From a virus, in IMG/VR virus record IMGVR_UViG_3300010883_021048, positions 9,744 to 73,743 of that record: a stretch of DNA of 64,000 nucleotides; one strand, 5' to 3'. Positions 1 through 10,423 of this stretch are shown here, piece after piece (positions within the stretch are counted from its first letter, which is position 1; the number at the start of each line of letters is the position of its first letter). A program made the position numbers and the translations under genes. The notes below the pieces were generated by a model. That model was not told where the DNA came from and made no database searches. It worked only from the letters and a program-made list of their open reading frames with translations.

Positions 1-1746
1 AGATTTTATAGAATGTACTGTCCCTTTAGAGGTTATAATCTCTGGCAAGTTCGTTAAAATTCTTCTCCATATCTGGTTCTGCAGCTGACTCAAATTGTTT
101 GTACCTACCGACGTCACATTTTCGCCGCTAAAGAATTGGTCATAATCAGCGTTACGGAATAAGTTGGGAAGGTCGAACCCGTAATATTGGGCAAGAAAAG
201 GTAGAAATTGATCGGCTACGCTAGTGTTTGAGTCATAATCAATGTGAACCAACTCAGAAACATGGTCAATCATCATTTTTAATTCGTCGAATGTTCTAGC
301 CCACATAAACAATAGGGCAGAAATTATCTGTGGCTGACTTATGTTTGCAGCTCCAGGAACAGCGTACTTATCACTAGTCGAATTAAGACCGGTAACACTG
401 TCAGGTAGTGACGTTTCATAAGAATTATATCCCGTGGCTTTCGCCAACTCTAGATAATGCGCTGGTATAAGCTTCGTTATTAAGTTAGGATTATTCTCGT
501 CATATACCGATCCAGTTGAAAGTAGGGTGTTGTTTAACGAGATCACATCAGGATGTCCTGGAAATAACGTAGGATGGTATACGGACGCCTCGAACTCGCA
601 TAAAGTGCTGTATGGCCGGGCGGACCTCATTTCATTTCTATAATTTGATATTTTAGAGTGTAAGCTCTGTCCAGAGTGGTCAAGCGTTATATCAGAATTT
701 TGATAAGATCCTGTTGCTTCGTTAAACCTAAAATTTAACTTCAAATTTGATTCATCGTCTGTAAACAAGCTTCTCTTCGTATATCTCTGTATTTCAGGTG
801 CAGTTCTAAGACTGTGGAACATACGAAAATTATTTATCGAACCTGATAGAGTTTTAGTAGGTGTGAATGTACTACCAGCCATGCTAAAAGCTGACCCTGT
901 ACCGATCAATAAAGCGCTTCCAGCAGTGTCGATAGAATCGAAATTAAATCTATTAGATGTCCCTATTACTTTAGACCCGCTTAAGATCTTTGCAATCTTT
1001 CCAGAGGGGCTAGCGTCATATTGCATACAAAGGTGAGAAAAACGACCTTTGTTTATTACAGCATTTGCAGTTGTGTAGTTAGATCCACTTATTATAGAAA
1101 AATTAACTTCAGCGGTAGAAGTAGAGGGGCTACTTTTCAAGTAAGCGGCGTATCCAACACCTGCTGTAGATATGTGGTGAAATAAGAACTGGTCAGGCGA
1201 AGAGGTATTCGGTATGGCTATGTCTAACTCTACGAAAAAAGAGTTCTTCTTAGGATTCATAACTGTGGTTGCATTATTCTTTTTTGATATAGATGGAAAA
1301 ACAACGCCCGATTTATCTACTACTTTTATGCTCTCATTGTTACCGTGAAGAGTTAAATACCCAGTATAAGACGGGTACCGATCTAAGATATGTTTTTCAA
1401 AACCTGTTAAGCCATCTATCCATGTATCATAATCGCTTTTTGTTCCCTCAAATGGAAACTCATTAATTATTTTTTCATATGTGATGTTTATATTAGACAC
1501 AGCCGAGCTAAAGAATGTATGGTTCTCGAACCTAGAAAAGTCAACAGGCAACTGCTGCGAAGATTTTATAGGAGAACCGGGGGCATCGAACCTAAAAGAA
1601 CCTGTGACAGATGTGTCTACGACAGTAGATCCAGACATGCTAGTTAGGGTTTGATTTCTCAGTATACCTGATGAGTTCGTAAATCTTCTGACCACGCTAG
1701 GGCCAAAAAGCTTCTGGTTTTCAAATACTCTTTTTTTTCTTGACAT
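1..1746 (-). CDS. Baseplate wedge / tail protein (P2 gpI / T4 gp7-like segment plus LamG-like domain); runs off the window edge
   Basis: Not in the ORF track. ATG at 1746 opens a frame to position 1 (MSRKKRVFENQ...). Contains a LamG-like stretch (..LSGSINNFRMFH..LKLNFRFNEATG..) and a gpI-like motif (DQFLPFLAQYYGF...WRRILTNLPEIITSKGT). Lies downstream of the gp25/gp6-like genes. Confidence 0.7.
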   Translation of the reverse strand, partial: MSRKKRVFENQKLFGPSVVRRFTNSSGILRNQTLTSMSGSTVVDTSVTGSFRFDAPGSPIKSSQQLPVDFSRFENHTFFSSAVSNINITYEKIINEFPFEGTKSDYDTWIDGLTGFEKHILDRYPSYTGYLTLHGNNESIKVVDKSGVVFPSISKKNNATTVMNPKKNSFFVELDIAIPNTSSPDQFLFHHISTAGVGYAAYLKSSPSTSTAEVNFSIISGSNYTTANAVINKGRFSHLCMQYDASPSGKIAKILSGSKVIGTSNRFNFDSIDTAGSALLIGTGSAFSMAGSTFTPTKTLSGSINNFRMFHSLRTAPEIQRYTKRSLFTDDESNLKLNFRFNEATGSYQNSDITLDHSGQSLHSKISNYRNEMRSARPYSTLCEFEASVYHPTLFPGHPDVISLNNTLLSTGSVYDENNPNLITKLIPAHYLELAKATGYNSYETSLPDSVTGLNSTSDKYAVPGAANISQPQIISALLFMWARTFDELKMMIDHVSELVHIDYDSNTSVADQFLPFLAQYYGFDLPNLFRNADYDQFFSGENVTSVGTNNLSQLQNQIWRRILTNLPEIITSKGTVHSIKS

Positions 1747-1751
1747 TTATG

Positions 1752-3305
1752 TTAAACCACCATGAACGATACATCTGGAAGACTTATTAAGCGCTCTATA
1801 CCGTGATCTTTAACGAGTAGATCTGTGGTATATAGTCTGCCTTTTGCTAACCCAGATGTAAGAAAAGATATATACATACCTTCTGAATCTGTCGATACTC
1901 TCGTCGAGTTTCTTTCATTATCAAAAGGTACTACGATCTTGCCTGTATCTTTATCGACTATTCTGTAATGTATACTATCAACAACAATACTCTTTTTTGT
2001 CATAGGAAGCTTATAGGCTTTCTCAGTGACGTCGGCGTCTAGATCATCTATAAACAATCTTATGACAGCTTTTGAACCTGCCCTGTAGTTAGGTTGTGCA
2101 TTGTAGGATGATATTAAGATCCTCCTATTAGAAAAACCAGATGTCGTTCTCTTTTGCTTCGCTATTTTTATAGAGCCAGTGTAGAACCCTTTCTGTAAGT
2201 CGTTAGTTGACCAGATCTCTTTAAGCTCAACATCATCTCTAGTTGTCATAGTATTACCAAAGAACGTAGTATTAAATTCGCTTAAGTTGAATGTTCCAGA
2301 ATATATCCCTTTGGTTCCCTGACCGTCCGTTGAGCCCGTGTGTTGGGATGCTAAGACAGAGAAGGTCGTCTCATTGTTTGTACCAGATCCAGATATTAAC
2401 CGGAGTGTCAGACAGTCTGGGCCCTTTAACTCTGTTAGCGATGAGTCGCTAACTAGGTTCATCAACTCACCAGATGATAAGTTTGTTAGAAACAACGACG
2501 AAGAAACGTTTGTTTGCAAATCTATATGACGGTCTCTGATACTGTCATCCCATGTTAAAAGTATTCTAGGAGATAACAGTTTGTTCTTTGAATGTCTGGA
2601 TACAAACCTTTTTACAAATCTTGTCTTTGTATCACTCTCGTCGGATCCGCTAAATGTTAGTCTAAATCCATTGTTCGTGATATTATTAGCAAGAGAAGAT
2701 GAAACGACTTTTGTGATATCTAACTCTATGTCACCTGGGCCATCTTCGAAGTACTGAGAAGACCCAAAGTCTATTTCTGATCCACCAATGGCTCCGCTAG
2801 TGATGTAATCTATATTTGAAGAATTTAGATAGCCACCTTGTCCCGAGCCTGATATGTTCCATAATGAAGGTGATCCAGCAGTTATTGAGGCTGTAATAAA
2901 GTTTGTCGTATCAACATCTGAAAACTGGGAAGTACTTCTACCAGACCCTTCGTCAAACTTAACTGCCAAAGGGTAACCAACTATGTTAAAGTTTAAAGGG
3001 ACGGGAGTTCCGGATGGCACTTCTGTTAGTCTTAGCATGGCTTTAAAAGAAGGACTATTTATATCTAGACTCTGTGACGTTAATGGAACTAAATTAGAGT
3101 AGTCAAATTTTATTAAAATCCTAGATATTTCTTCTACAGAAGAAGTTATTCTGGTACCAGACTCTATGAACGAAGACTCGTCATAAAGTTTAAACAAATC
3201 CAGGGTACCGGCCATACCGACGTTTGCGTCTGTGGCTCTAAACTTATTTTGCAGTATCTTATTTGTTATGTAAGTGTCTGCGCTTGCTGTTAGAATATAA
3301 AACAT
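1752..3305 (-). CDS. Putative baseplate/virion structural protein
   Basis: 517-aa ORF between wedge genes; beta-rich, S/T/G-rich composition. Confidence 0.55.
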   Translation of the reverse strand: MFYILTASADTYITNKILQNKFRATDANVGMAGTLDLFKLYDESSFIESGTRITSSVEEISRILIKFDYSNLVPLTSQSLDINSPSFKAMLRLTEVPSGTPVPLNFNIVGYPLAVKFDEGSGRSTSQFSDVDTTNFITASITAGSPSLWNISGSGQGGYLNSSNIDYITSGAIGGSEIDFGSSQYFEDGPGDIELDITKVVSSSLANNITNNGFRLTFSGSDESDTKTRFVKRFVSRHSKNKLLSPRILLTWDDSIRDRHIDLQTNVSSSLFLTNLSSGELMNLVSDSSLTELKGPDCLTLRLISGSGTNNETTFSVLASQHTGSTDGQGTKGIYSGTFNLSEFNTTFFGNTMTTRDDVELKEIWSTNDLQKGFYTGSIKIAKQKRTTSGFSNRRILISSYNAQPNYRAGSKAVIRLFIDDLDADVTEKAYKLPMTKKSIVVDSIHYRIVDKDTGKIVVPFDNERNSTRVSTDSEGMYISFLTSGLAKGRLYTTDLLVKDHGIERLISLPDVSFMVV

Positions 3306-3309
3306 TTGT

Positions 3310-5154
3310 CTACCTTACTGTTACAATCAGATCCCTATTGGGATATCTTATTTCAAAAATAGAACCAGGAGGACCGACCACCATCTTTTGTATAGTATTA
3401 GCGTTAACATTAAAAGAGTTCTGTGAATACTGTCTATCTTCTATCACTCCAGTAATGTTTGCTACCTTAAAGTCAACTAGAGATATCACACCTTCACTAT
3501 TTATAATAGAGTTCATTATATCAGAAGTTGGAATTGGTTGGTCAATTTGTATATTTTTTATATCTAAAAGAGAAGCTAAATTAGCTATTATCTTTTGTGC
3601 TACTTGAGACTTGTTGGCTTCAGGATGAGCTACAACATCAACATTCACGCCTAGATTTATTATTTTAGCGTCCATTATATCATATGCATCGCTAACAGCC
3701 CTGAACTCATTTAGATAAGTTCTAAGGTTTTTCTTTAGAGTATCAGAAGACATTACCAACAAGCCTGATTTCTGTCTTGACACTATAAAGATTTGAGACG
3801 CAAGGGAATTAATAGGGTTAGGCCGTATTCCAGCTCTGTACACTCTACCAAAAGCGTTGGGTAAGGTGTATATTCTTGATATTAGATCTGACTTGGTTAC
3901 TATTCTTGACTGGCTATTTCTTGCAGCGGGTATTTGTGATCTTAGGTTCTCTAGAGTGGGTGCCCTATCACCATCCATAGCTGGTAATGGGTTTGAGACG
4001 TCTATGCTGGATCTTACTGCGCTCGCAGACTTGGCTGATGCACGAGCAGAAAACTTTAAGAAAAGCTTAGTTACAGTCCTCACCATATCTTGTCCTACGT
4101 TATGTCTAAGACCTCCGCCTGATCTATATGACACTGTCAAGACAGTATTTCTAGGGGCGATTCCAAGCGTTTGCGTTTGCATTAATTTATTTGGGTCAAG
4201 AGCAAAGCGAGCAAAAGTCTTTTTACCGTACAGCGGAATTGCCAATTCTGAAGGATCTGGTAACAGATCATTATCTGTTGTAGTTGCGTCTCCAGAGCCG
4301 AATTGTATGGTAGTTAGTTTTGTATCATAATCGTAAGAAGAGATGTACCTGTAAGGAGCGGGAATAACTTCTAGATTATAGTCTACGTTGTCAGAATCTT
4401 CAGTCACATTCGCGGTGCGCTTAAATACCGTGTCTTGAGAGAGAGATTCTACCTCGTAAAACTCATTACCATCAGAGTCCTTCACACTTACTATAGACGT
4501 CACATTTTCGTCTGGAAGTATTATCTTCCTAAAAGGTGTAGATACATTCGGTATCGGAAATTTTTCTTGTTTTCTCGCCCCAGATATAGCCAGTCCCGTT
4601 CTAACTACTACGAATGATGTAGGTATAGAAAAGTCATCAGTCTGGACTACTACAGCATCGTACAAATATTCTCCTGTAGTCTTCTTCTCAGCAAAATCTA
4701 CATCTTCTAATAAGCTGAACGGCACACCATCGTTTGAAACGAATGTAGTAGATGATAAAACTTTAGGTAATAGATCCGGATCTGGAGTTGTGTCTCCCCC
4801 TGTGGTGACGGCGGGAAGCTCAAAATATATTTTTATCATTACTACGGAAGGGCTAGCACCTCTAGCTTTAACTCCAGCATTACGCAAATGTCTTTTTATA
4901 TTTCTGTTTTCTACGGCCGTTGACCAATTTAGCTCGTTAAATTGATGATCAAGATAAAATGACATTGAGTCGCCGACGTACGCGGCCATATCGAGCAGAA
5001 GCCCTCCAAGACCTGGCTCCGTAAAGTCTTGTATTTTGTCCGAAAAGAACAGCTTCGCATGAGAATAAAGCTCATTTCTAAAAGACTGGAAATCTTTTGC
5101 CAGATAATTTCTTTTCGTCGCGTTCTTTAATTGTCTCTTTACGTTTATAGCCAT
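3310..5154 (-). CDS. Baseplate wedge protein (T4 gp6 / P2 gpJ-like)
   Basis: N-terminal NYLAKDFQSFRNEL...LLLDMAAYVGDSMSFYLD, IQFGSG, C-terminal SQSRIVTKSD; follows the gp25-like gene. Confidence 0.85.
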   Translation of the reverse strand: MAINVKRQLKNATKRNYLAKDFQSFRNELYSHAKLFFSDKIQDFTEPGLGGLLLDMAAYVGDSMSFYLDHQFNELNWSTAVENRNIKRHLRNAGVKARGASPSVVMIKIYFELPAVTTGGDTTPDPDLLPKVLSSTTFVSNDGVPFSLLEDVDFAEKKTTGEYLYDAVVVQTDDFSIPTSFVVVRTGLAISGARKQEKFPIPNVSTPFRKIILPDENVTSIVSVKDSDGNEFYEVESLSQDTVFKRTANVTEDSDNVDYNLEVIPAPYRYISSYDYDTKLTTIQFGSGDATTTDNDLLPDPSELAIPLYGKKTFARFALDPNKLMQTQTLGIAPRNTVLTVSYRSGGGLRHNVGQDMVRTVTKLFLKFSARASAKSASAVRSSIDVSNPLPAMDGDRAPTLENLRSQIPAARNSQSRIVTKSDLISRIYTLPNAFGRVYRAGIRPNPINSLASQIFIVSRQKSGLLVMSSDTLKKNLRTYLNEFRAVSDAYDIMDAKIINLGVNVDVVAHPEANKSQVAQKIIANLASLLDIKNIQIDQPIPTSDIMNSIINSEGVISLVDFKVANITGVIEDRQYSQNSFNVNANTIQKMVVGPPGSIFEIRYPNRDLIVTVR

Positions 5155-5157
5155 TTT

Positions 5158-5655
5158 TTATCCCGCAGAATATAGAATAACTTCTATATTTCTTATCTTT
5201 GTAAATAGTTTTGGAATGCTGTATCCAACAACTATACCAATTTTAGCAACATCTTTGTTATCAAAGTTTTCCACTATGGGTGAAAAAGTTTCTAAAGAAA
5301 CGTATGGCATGTATTTTCTAACAGCAGTGCTTATCCTGGTCATGGCCTCGGATTGTCCTCCCTCTTCCTGCATTTCAAAAGTAAGCTCAGCCAAATTTGC
5401 ACCAAACTTAGGATGTCCTAATCTTTCGCCATGATTAGTTAGTATCAGATTAAGAAGGTTATCGTGTAGTTGGTCAGGAAAATTATTATGCATTTCCAAG
5501 AAACTTTTTCCTGTTTCAGATAACGTTAAGGGTGTCTTTACTCCAACAGGTGGCAGCTCTGGGGTGCTTCTTGCTAATTTCTTACTTAGCTCAGCAGACT
5601 TTCCTACAGATTTAAAACTGTATACTTTTCTATTTGCATCTCTTGTTACTGACAT
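5158..5655 (-). CDS. Baseplate gp25-like (GPW/gp25) protein
   Basis: NLLNLILTNHGERLGHPKFGANL..FE...I..AVRKYMPYV signature. Confidence 0.9.
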   Translation of the reverse strand: MSVTRDANRKVYSFKSVGKSAELSKKLARSTPELPPVGVKTPLTLSETGKSFLEMHNNFPDQLHDNLLNLILTNHGERLGHPKFGANLAELTFEMQEEGGQSEAMTRISTAVRKYMPYVSLETFSPIVENFDNKDVAKIGIVVGYSIPKLFTKIRNIEVILYSAG

Positions 5656-5677
5656 ATTATATAATCACCGCCATCCC

Positions 5678-5684
5678 TAAATAT
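5678..5684 (-). promoter_or_regulatory. Putative late promoter motif ATATTTA
   Basis: ~23 nt upstream of the gp25-like ATG; the same heptamer precedes other structural/late genes (see findings). Confidence 0.45.
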
Positions 5685-5707
5685 CCTGGTGCAGAAAATA
5701 GTGGCAA

Positions 5708-5971
5708 CTATAATAGCACACCAGTACCGACTCCGATGCCAGTACCTACTACTGGCCCTACAGCACTAGCTCCAATAACGGCAGTATTAACTATAGTAAC
5801 GTTTACTATTGCTTGAGTTACATACGCATTTACTGCAGTCGCGATGTCTGACGCTAACGTGTTAATAATCGTGTCTGGACTTGCACCATCTCTTTCTCCG
5901 TCCGCTTTAGCTTTTCTAAAAGCTGCCGCTATTTGTAACTCTAAAGGTATTACTGCTACTGACAATGGCAT
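5708..5971 (-). CDS. Small spike-tip-like protein
   Basis: 87 aa, Gly/Val/Thr-rich C-terminus (GPVVGTGIGVGTG), located between the gp5-like and gp25-like genes. Confidence 0.5.
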   Translation of the reverse strand: MPLSVAVIPLELQIAAAFRKAKADGERDGASPDTIINTLASDIATAVNAYVTQAIVNVTIVNTAVIGASAVGPVVGTGIGVGTGVLL

Positions 5972-5980
5972 ATCGTTCTC

Positions 5981-7816
5981 CTATTCTCCGAATATTCTTT
6001 CTGATTGAACTGTTGAGATATTACTCTTCAAACTACCCGCTATCTCACTTTTTAGTTCGGTGACTGCTTGATTAAGCTGTATAGATGGCGCACCGTATCC
6101 TGGAGTAGTGTGAGTCAAGACTTTATCACAAAACGCGGTTAACGCGTCCATTGTGCTATGCCATAGAGTCTCTAGATCAGAATATCTAACATAAGGTTGT
6201 GAACCGCCTTCGCCAGGTCCGGCTGCGGATCCTTCGTCAGCTTCGGAACGACCGATAATAATTTTAGAACCGCTTATCTGTATAGTGCCATCTGGTAACA
6301 TCAGAAAAGCTGCCAGATCCTCGTTAGGGACACCCTCCTTAATTAATCTTATAGAACCATTGATTTCTGGAGCACCAGGTACAGGGACGTCTGGTGACAT
6401 CTTTCTTGCTATTATTCTTATTTCATCAGCCTTTGTAACAACAGCTGATGGATGATCATCCTCCCTGTTAATCAAATCATATTGACCGAAAGTTTCGCCT
6501 ATAGGACTCGGGATAGATTCACCAGGAGTATCGATAGTAAAGTTTTCGTCTACGTTAGATGAGTGAGATACTATTATTCGGGCAGCGTCAACAAAAAAGT
6601 CGGGGTCACCCTCTGTAGGATTGTCTTTTCTATTTTTTTCAGCGTTGTTTGTTTCCTGAGGATTTTTATTAACTTCCACCCACGCTTGACGACCTGTCTC
6701 AGGATTAGGAGAGTTTTTAATAACTCTTGAAGTTGGAGGTGCTGGATCTTCGCTTATCTCTGTTTTGACATCTTCGTTCAATACACGCCAGTTATATCTT
6801 CCTCGGCCGGCTACGATATCAATCACGCCCCAGGGTTGATCTTTTCTTTCATCAATTACTGTGTCGTCTTCGGTCGCATTTGACACAACACTTGTAACGG
6901 GATCATCTCCATTTTTCCACCCTCTAGATTCACCTAAGCATATCAACGTATTATTCGAGCCCTGTATTACCAGATCACCCGGACGTTTTGTGTATCGTGG
7001 AACATCTTGCCCCCTAAACTGCTTATATGCTCCGGATATGTTTACTATATCTTCATATGCAAACTCATCTTTTAGAGTATATCCCTCACCCTCTCCGGTG
7101 CCATTAGGAAAGCCAAAAATCCTATCGTCTAATTTGTCACCATTTAAATCAAACGACTCTTCGGTACCTTGTGCTTCGCCTGAGGCTGGTGGGTCACTAA
7201 TCGGCTGTTGGGGATCATCACCTGTTGCAGCATCAGCTTTTTCTTTTGATGATTTTTCAGCCGTAGATCCTACAAATTTTCTATCACCATGAGTGTAGTT
7301 TATGTCATCGACGTGATCTGGCTCCGTTATACGACACATCCAATACATGATCTTAGATGGCATGTCAGATGAGTCCGTCACCAACCAGACTTGCTCTCCA
7401 GGTTTCAGGGGCATACACAAGTGGGGTGGAAAAAATGGGTAAGCCAGTATACCGACTTCACCAACTTTTTCTTTCTCAGGTATAGTTTCTCTATTCTCTA
7501 CAGCTGCTTCTTGCTCTTCCTCTGTAGGCTTCTCTCTAGCTTCTGGCGCTTTTTTGTCCGCGCCACCAGTTATTACTCTAGCTATAATAGAGTTTCTAGG
7601 AGCCGTCTCCAACAAAGCAGGGGCGTCGATGAGCGTTTTCATTTCCTCTATATCTTCATCAGGAAATGCAGCTAAATCATAGAGTACTTCAACCACAACA
7701 GCACGTAATAATACTTGATTAGGTGGAGCTAACGCTGCAGCATCTACTGTACTGGCTACAGATGATTGTGAATTTAAGGATTCTGAAATTGCATCGGTGC
7801 CGGTATTCGCTGCCAT
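5981..7816 (-). CDS. Baseplate hub/central spike protein (gp5/VgrG OB-fold-like)
   Basis: AYPFFPPHLCMPLKPGEQVWL and KRPGDLVIQGSNNTLICLG motifs, C-terminal HTTPGYGAP; position upstream of gp25. Confidence 0.7.
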   Translation of the reverse strand: MAANTGTDAISESLNSQSSVASTVDAAALAPPNQVLLRAVVVEVLYDLAAFPDEDIEEMKTLIDAPALLETAPRNSIIARVITGGADKKAPEAREKPTEEEQEAAVENRETIPEKEKVGEVGILAYPFFPPHLCMPLKPGEQVWLVTDSSDMPSKIMYWMCRITEPDHVDDINYTHGDRKFVGSTAEKSSKEKADAATGDDPQQPISDPPASGEAQGTEESFDLNGDKLDDRIFGFPNGTGEGEGYTLKDEFAYEDIVNISGAYKQFRGQDVPRYTKRPGDLVIQGSNNTLICLGESRGWKNGDDPVTSVVSNATEDDTVIDERKDQPWGVIDIVAGRGRYNWRVLNEDVKTEISEDPAPPTSRVIKNSPNPETGRQAWVEVNKNPQETNNAEKNRKDNPTEGDPDFFVDAARIIVSHSSNVDENFTIDTPGESIPSPIGETFGQYDLINREDDHPSAVVTKADEIRIIARKMSPDVPVPGAPEINGSIRLIKEGVPNEDLAAFLMLPDGTIQISGSKIIIGRSEADEGSAAGPGEGGSQPYVRYSDLETLWHSTMDALTAFCDKVLTHTTPGYGAPSIQLNQAVTELKSEIAGSLKSNISTVQSERIFGE

Positions 7817-7819
7817 CTG

Positions 7820-8188
7820 TCAGTCCTGTATTTGCGAAAATAAATCGTCTGAATTTATCTGGCTGTATTCGCTCTCTGATTTATTCATGAGCTCCGCCAA
7901 TTTTATTAATTGATCGTTTGCCTTGTTCATACGTTCGATATATTTTGATAAGGTGGCTCCTAGAACAGCATGTTCTGTTGTTCCTTGACTCATCGCAGTG
8001 TACGCTTCTACAAAAAGAACATGAGCATTTTGACGATCAAGGTTTGCATTTTCGTATATTTCTTTCCATAGGATCTTCTTTTTCGCGTCAGCATGTTCAA
8101 TCTTTCGCAGAACATCCTCAAATCCTTTTGTCTTATTTTTTAGCTTATCGAAGTCTTGGAGCGCGCCGGAAACTTTTTCTATAGACAT
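7820..8188 (-). CDS. Hypothetical helical protein
   Basis: 122-aa ORF tightly packed in the operon. Confidence 0.6.
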   Translation of the reverse strand: MSIEKVSGALQDFDKLKNKTKGFEDVLRKIEHADAKKKILWKEIYENANLDRQNAHVLFVEAYTAMSQGTTEHAVLGATLSKYIERMNKANDQLIKLAELMNKSESEYSQINSDDLFSQIQD

Positions 8189-8197
8189 ATCATTATC

Positions 8198-8935
8198 CTA
8201 AAGCAAATCTATCAATTTGTCATCATGAACTATCTGCTTATAATGCTTTCTTATTTTTGACATTGCAACCGAAAGTTGCTTAGAGTTTAGTCCAGATATT
8301 TCTCTGATATATACGTATATCGCCCGCTTGTTTAAGAAGTCAAGGTTCTCTACGTTATTGAACACTGTCTTGATGGCGGATACACATAATACTTCATTTT
8401 GCTTCTTAACCCTTCCTTCTAGCTCATCAATAACTTTCATTATTTCGTTCTTAAAATTAGCTTTCTCTAAAACCTCGTCAGGACCGGGTATCACCTGGTA
8501 GTTCGCTATCGTGTGCTTGTCGGCGGCGCTTAAATGAGCCATCTCAGACATAGAGACATGACGGTGGTAGTTCTTTTTAGCATTTCGACATCTAATGATT
8601 AACCAGTTTTTTGCAACAACATTAAAATAAGAGAAAGCTTTTGTACCTCGTGCAGGATCCCACTTGTGTATCGTCTCATATAAGAACGCGACACAGTCTA
8701 CTTTCATGCTATTAACTGTTTCATACGGAGAATTAAATCTATAAACGTATATTAAGCTTTCAGCCAGTTGCTCAAACGCATTAGAGATATCATCTTTGTA
8801 TATTTTCTCTCTTAACGTTTTGTCTGGTTCATTCTGATACGTTTCTATAGAAGCCTGCGTATCTTTGGTGAAATACATGTTTCTTTTCGTACCAGGTTTT
8901 CTTCTGATTATTTTCTTTTTCTTTGTTATAGTCAT
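8198..8935 (-). CDS. Phage late sigma factor (T4 gp55-like sigma-70 family)
   Basis: YFTKDTQ...F..LAE.LI..Y.F...D.V.FLYE.IHKWDP.RGTKAFSYF.VVAKNWLI resembles sigma region 2 / gp55; HTH-like C-terminus. Confidence 0.75.
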   Translation of the reverse strand: MTITKKKKIIRRKPGTKRNMYFTKDTQASIETYQNEPDKTLREKIYKDDISNAFEQLAESLIYVYRFNSPYETVNSMKVDCVAFLYETIHKWDPARGTKAFSYFNVVAKNWLIIRCRNAKKNYHRHVSMSEMAHLSAADKHTIANYQVIPGPDEVLEKANFKNEIMKVIDELEGRVKKQNEVLCVSAIKTVFNNVENLDFLNKRAIYVYIREISGLNSKQLSVAMSKIRKHYKQIVHDDKLIDLL

Positions 8936-9252
8936 TATGTTTGTATCTCCGGCGCTTCGTTTTCTTCGCTCATAGAACTAGAAAGAGCATTAGCAACGTC
9001 CATCATGGCATCTCTAGATCGTGTCATATCACTTTTAAGGCGCTTTATCTCAGGGCTGTCAGAGAATAGTGGTATTGCTAGAATTTCGTCTATAGAGTCA
9101 ATTCTATTATCTATTATCTCCAAGCTGTCCTCTAGAGTATCTTGTACAGTAAGAACAAGGATGCCTGTTTTATATAACATAGATGCTAACCATGCGTTCG
9201 CTACCCCTTGAATAACAAAGAGTAGAAGTAATATTATCTCAAGAATTGTCAA
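8935..9252 (-). CDS. Small membrane-anchored coiled-coil protein
   Basis: N-terminal hydrophobic helix followed by an acidic coiled coil. Confidence 0.6.
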   Translation of the reverse strand: MTILEIILLLLFVIQGVANAWLASMLYKTGILVLTVQDTLEDSLEIIDNRIDSIDEILAIPLFSDSPEIKRLKSDMTRSRDAMMDVANALSSSMSEENEAPEIQT

Positions 9253-10420
9253 CTATGACCCCAAGCTTTCTGCTATACTCATCCATAACAGAATTAATGT
9301 TAAATAAATTATTGATTTTTTCGCTTGACTCTTTCGCCCACTTAGTAGGGAGTTCACTTGATTTTCTAAACTTTTTTACTCTCGATTTAAAGCTTTCTTC
9401 GTTAGGCTCTGCCCATCTCGCGCCTTGAACCCAAATCCTACCGTCGCACATTTGCGGAGGTACGTTGATTAGTTTAAAAGTTACATCAAGATATTTTGTA
9501 TGTTTCAAGAAGTCTAAGTGACCAGAATGACCTGTTGCTATTATTGGTAGCCCAGACGCGGCTGCGTCTAGAATAGGTAAGCCCCATCCTTCACCTCTCG
9601 TTGGCGCGCACAGTACATTAACACTCTCGTGCTTGTATAACGCACCGATCTCGTCTGGACTTAATAATCCGTGGAGAACGTGAACTCTAGGGTATTTGCC
9701 AGGTCTTATTTCTGACAATACTTGAGAAATCATCTTTTCTGTATGCGTCCTATCTTGGCATGTCATTCTTCCCATATTGGTTTTTATAATGATACCAGCG
9801 GAAGCATCGTCTTTAAGCTCTTCACATAACCACTTTAGACAATTAAATGTATTTTTCCTGTCTGTCTGTACATCATGAGAAGTAATTTGACCAAACATAA
9901 GAAAGTTAAAATCTGTTGATAGAGCGCTAAGCTTATCGTTTAATTTATCAACATCCGGTGTGATATTAAAGTTACAAGTTATCGCTTCCGGAATGCTCAT
10001 TATTTTCTGGGGATTTAGCCCTCCATTTAGGAACGCTACCTTAGAATATTCACTCGGTACTACAACTGATGTCATTTTTTCCGCAGCGGCGATCCAGCTC
10101 TGGTTGCATTTATCTGCCTCGATACCTGCGGTGACGCCTATATTAATCTCTGCTAAATTAGGATCCCACTCGTCTGGTAGCTGGACTTGTAGTGATAACC
10201 CAGTTTTTAACGAAGGATTAGGATCTTGAGACCTACTCATGATATCGCCTATGATACCCTCTTCGGCTGCTGGATCTATATGGTAGGTACACATTCCCCA
10301 TGGTACTATAGACGCGTAAACATCCCACCCTTTTTGTGATCTAGCCCATTTCCATATCTGTCTTGTATGGTTTCCGTATCCTGTTACGCTAAGTAGCGGA
10401 CCTCTTACGATAACGATCAT
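9239..10420 (-). CDS. Glycosyltransferase family 4 (GT-B)
   Basis: N-terminal GPLLSVTGYG; PTRGEGWGLPILDAAASGLPIIAT (ExxGLxxxE/D motif). Confidence 0.9.
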   Translation of the reverse strand: MIVIVRGPLLSVTGYGNHTRQIWKWARSQKGWDVYASIVPWGMCTYHIDPAAEEGIIGDIMSRSQDPNPSLKTGLSLQVQLPDEWDPNLAEINIGVTAGIEADKCNQSWIAAAEKMTSVVVPSEYSKVAFLNGGLNPQKIMSIPEAITCNFNITPDVDKLNDKLSALSTDFNFLMFGQITSHDVQTDRKNTFNCLKWLCEELKDDASAGIIIKTNMGRMTCQDRTHTEKMISQVLSEIRPGKYPRVHVLHGLLSPDEIGALYKHESVNVLCAPTRGEGWGLPILDAAASGLPIIATGHSGHLDFLKHTKYLDVTFKLINVPPQMCDGRIWVQGARWAEPNEESFKSRVKKFRKSSELPTKWAKESSEKINNLFNINSVMDEYSRKLGVIVDNS

Positions 10421-10423
10421 AAG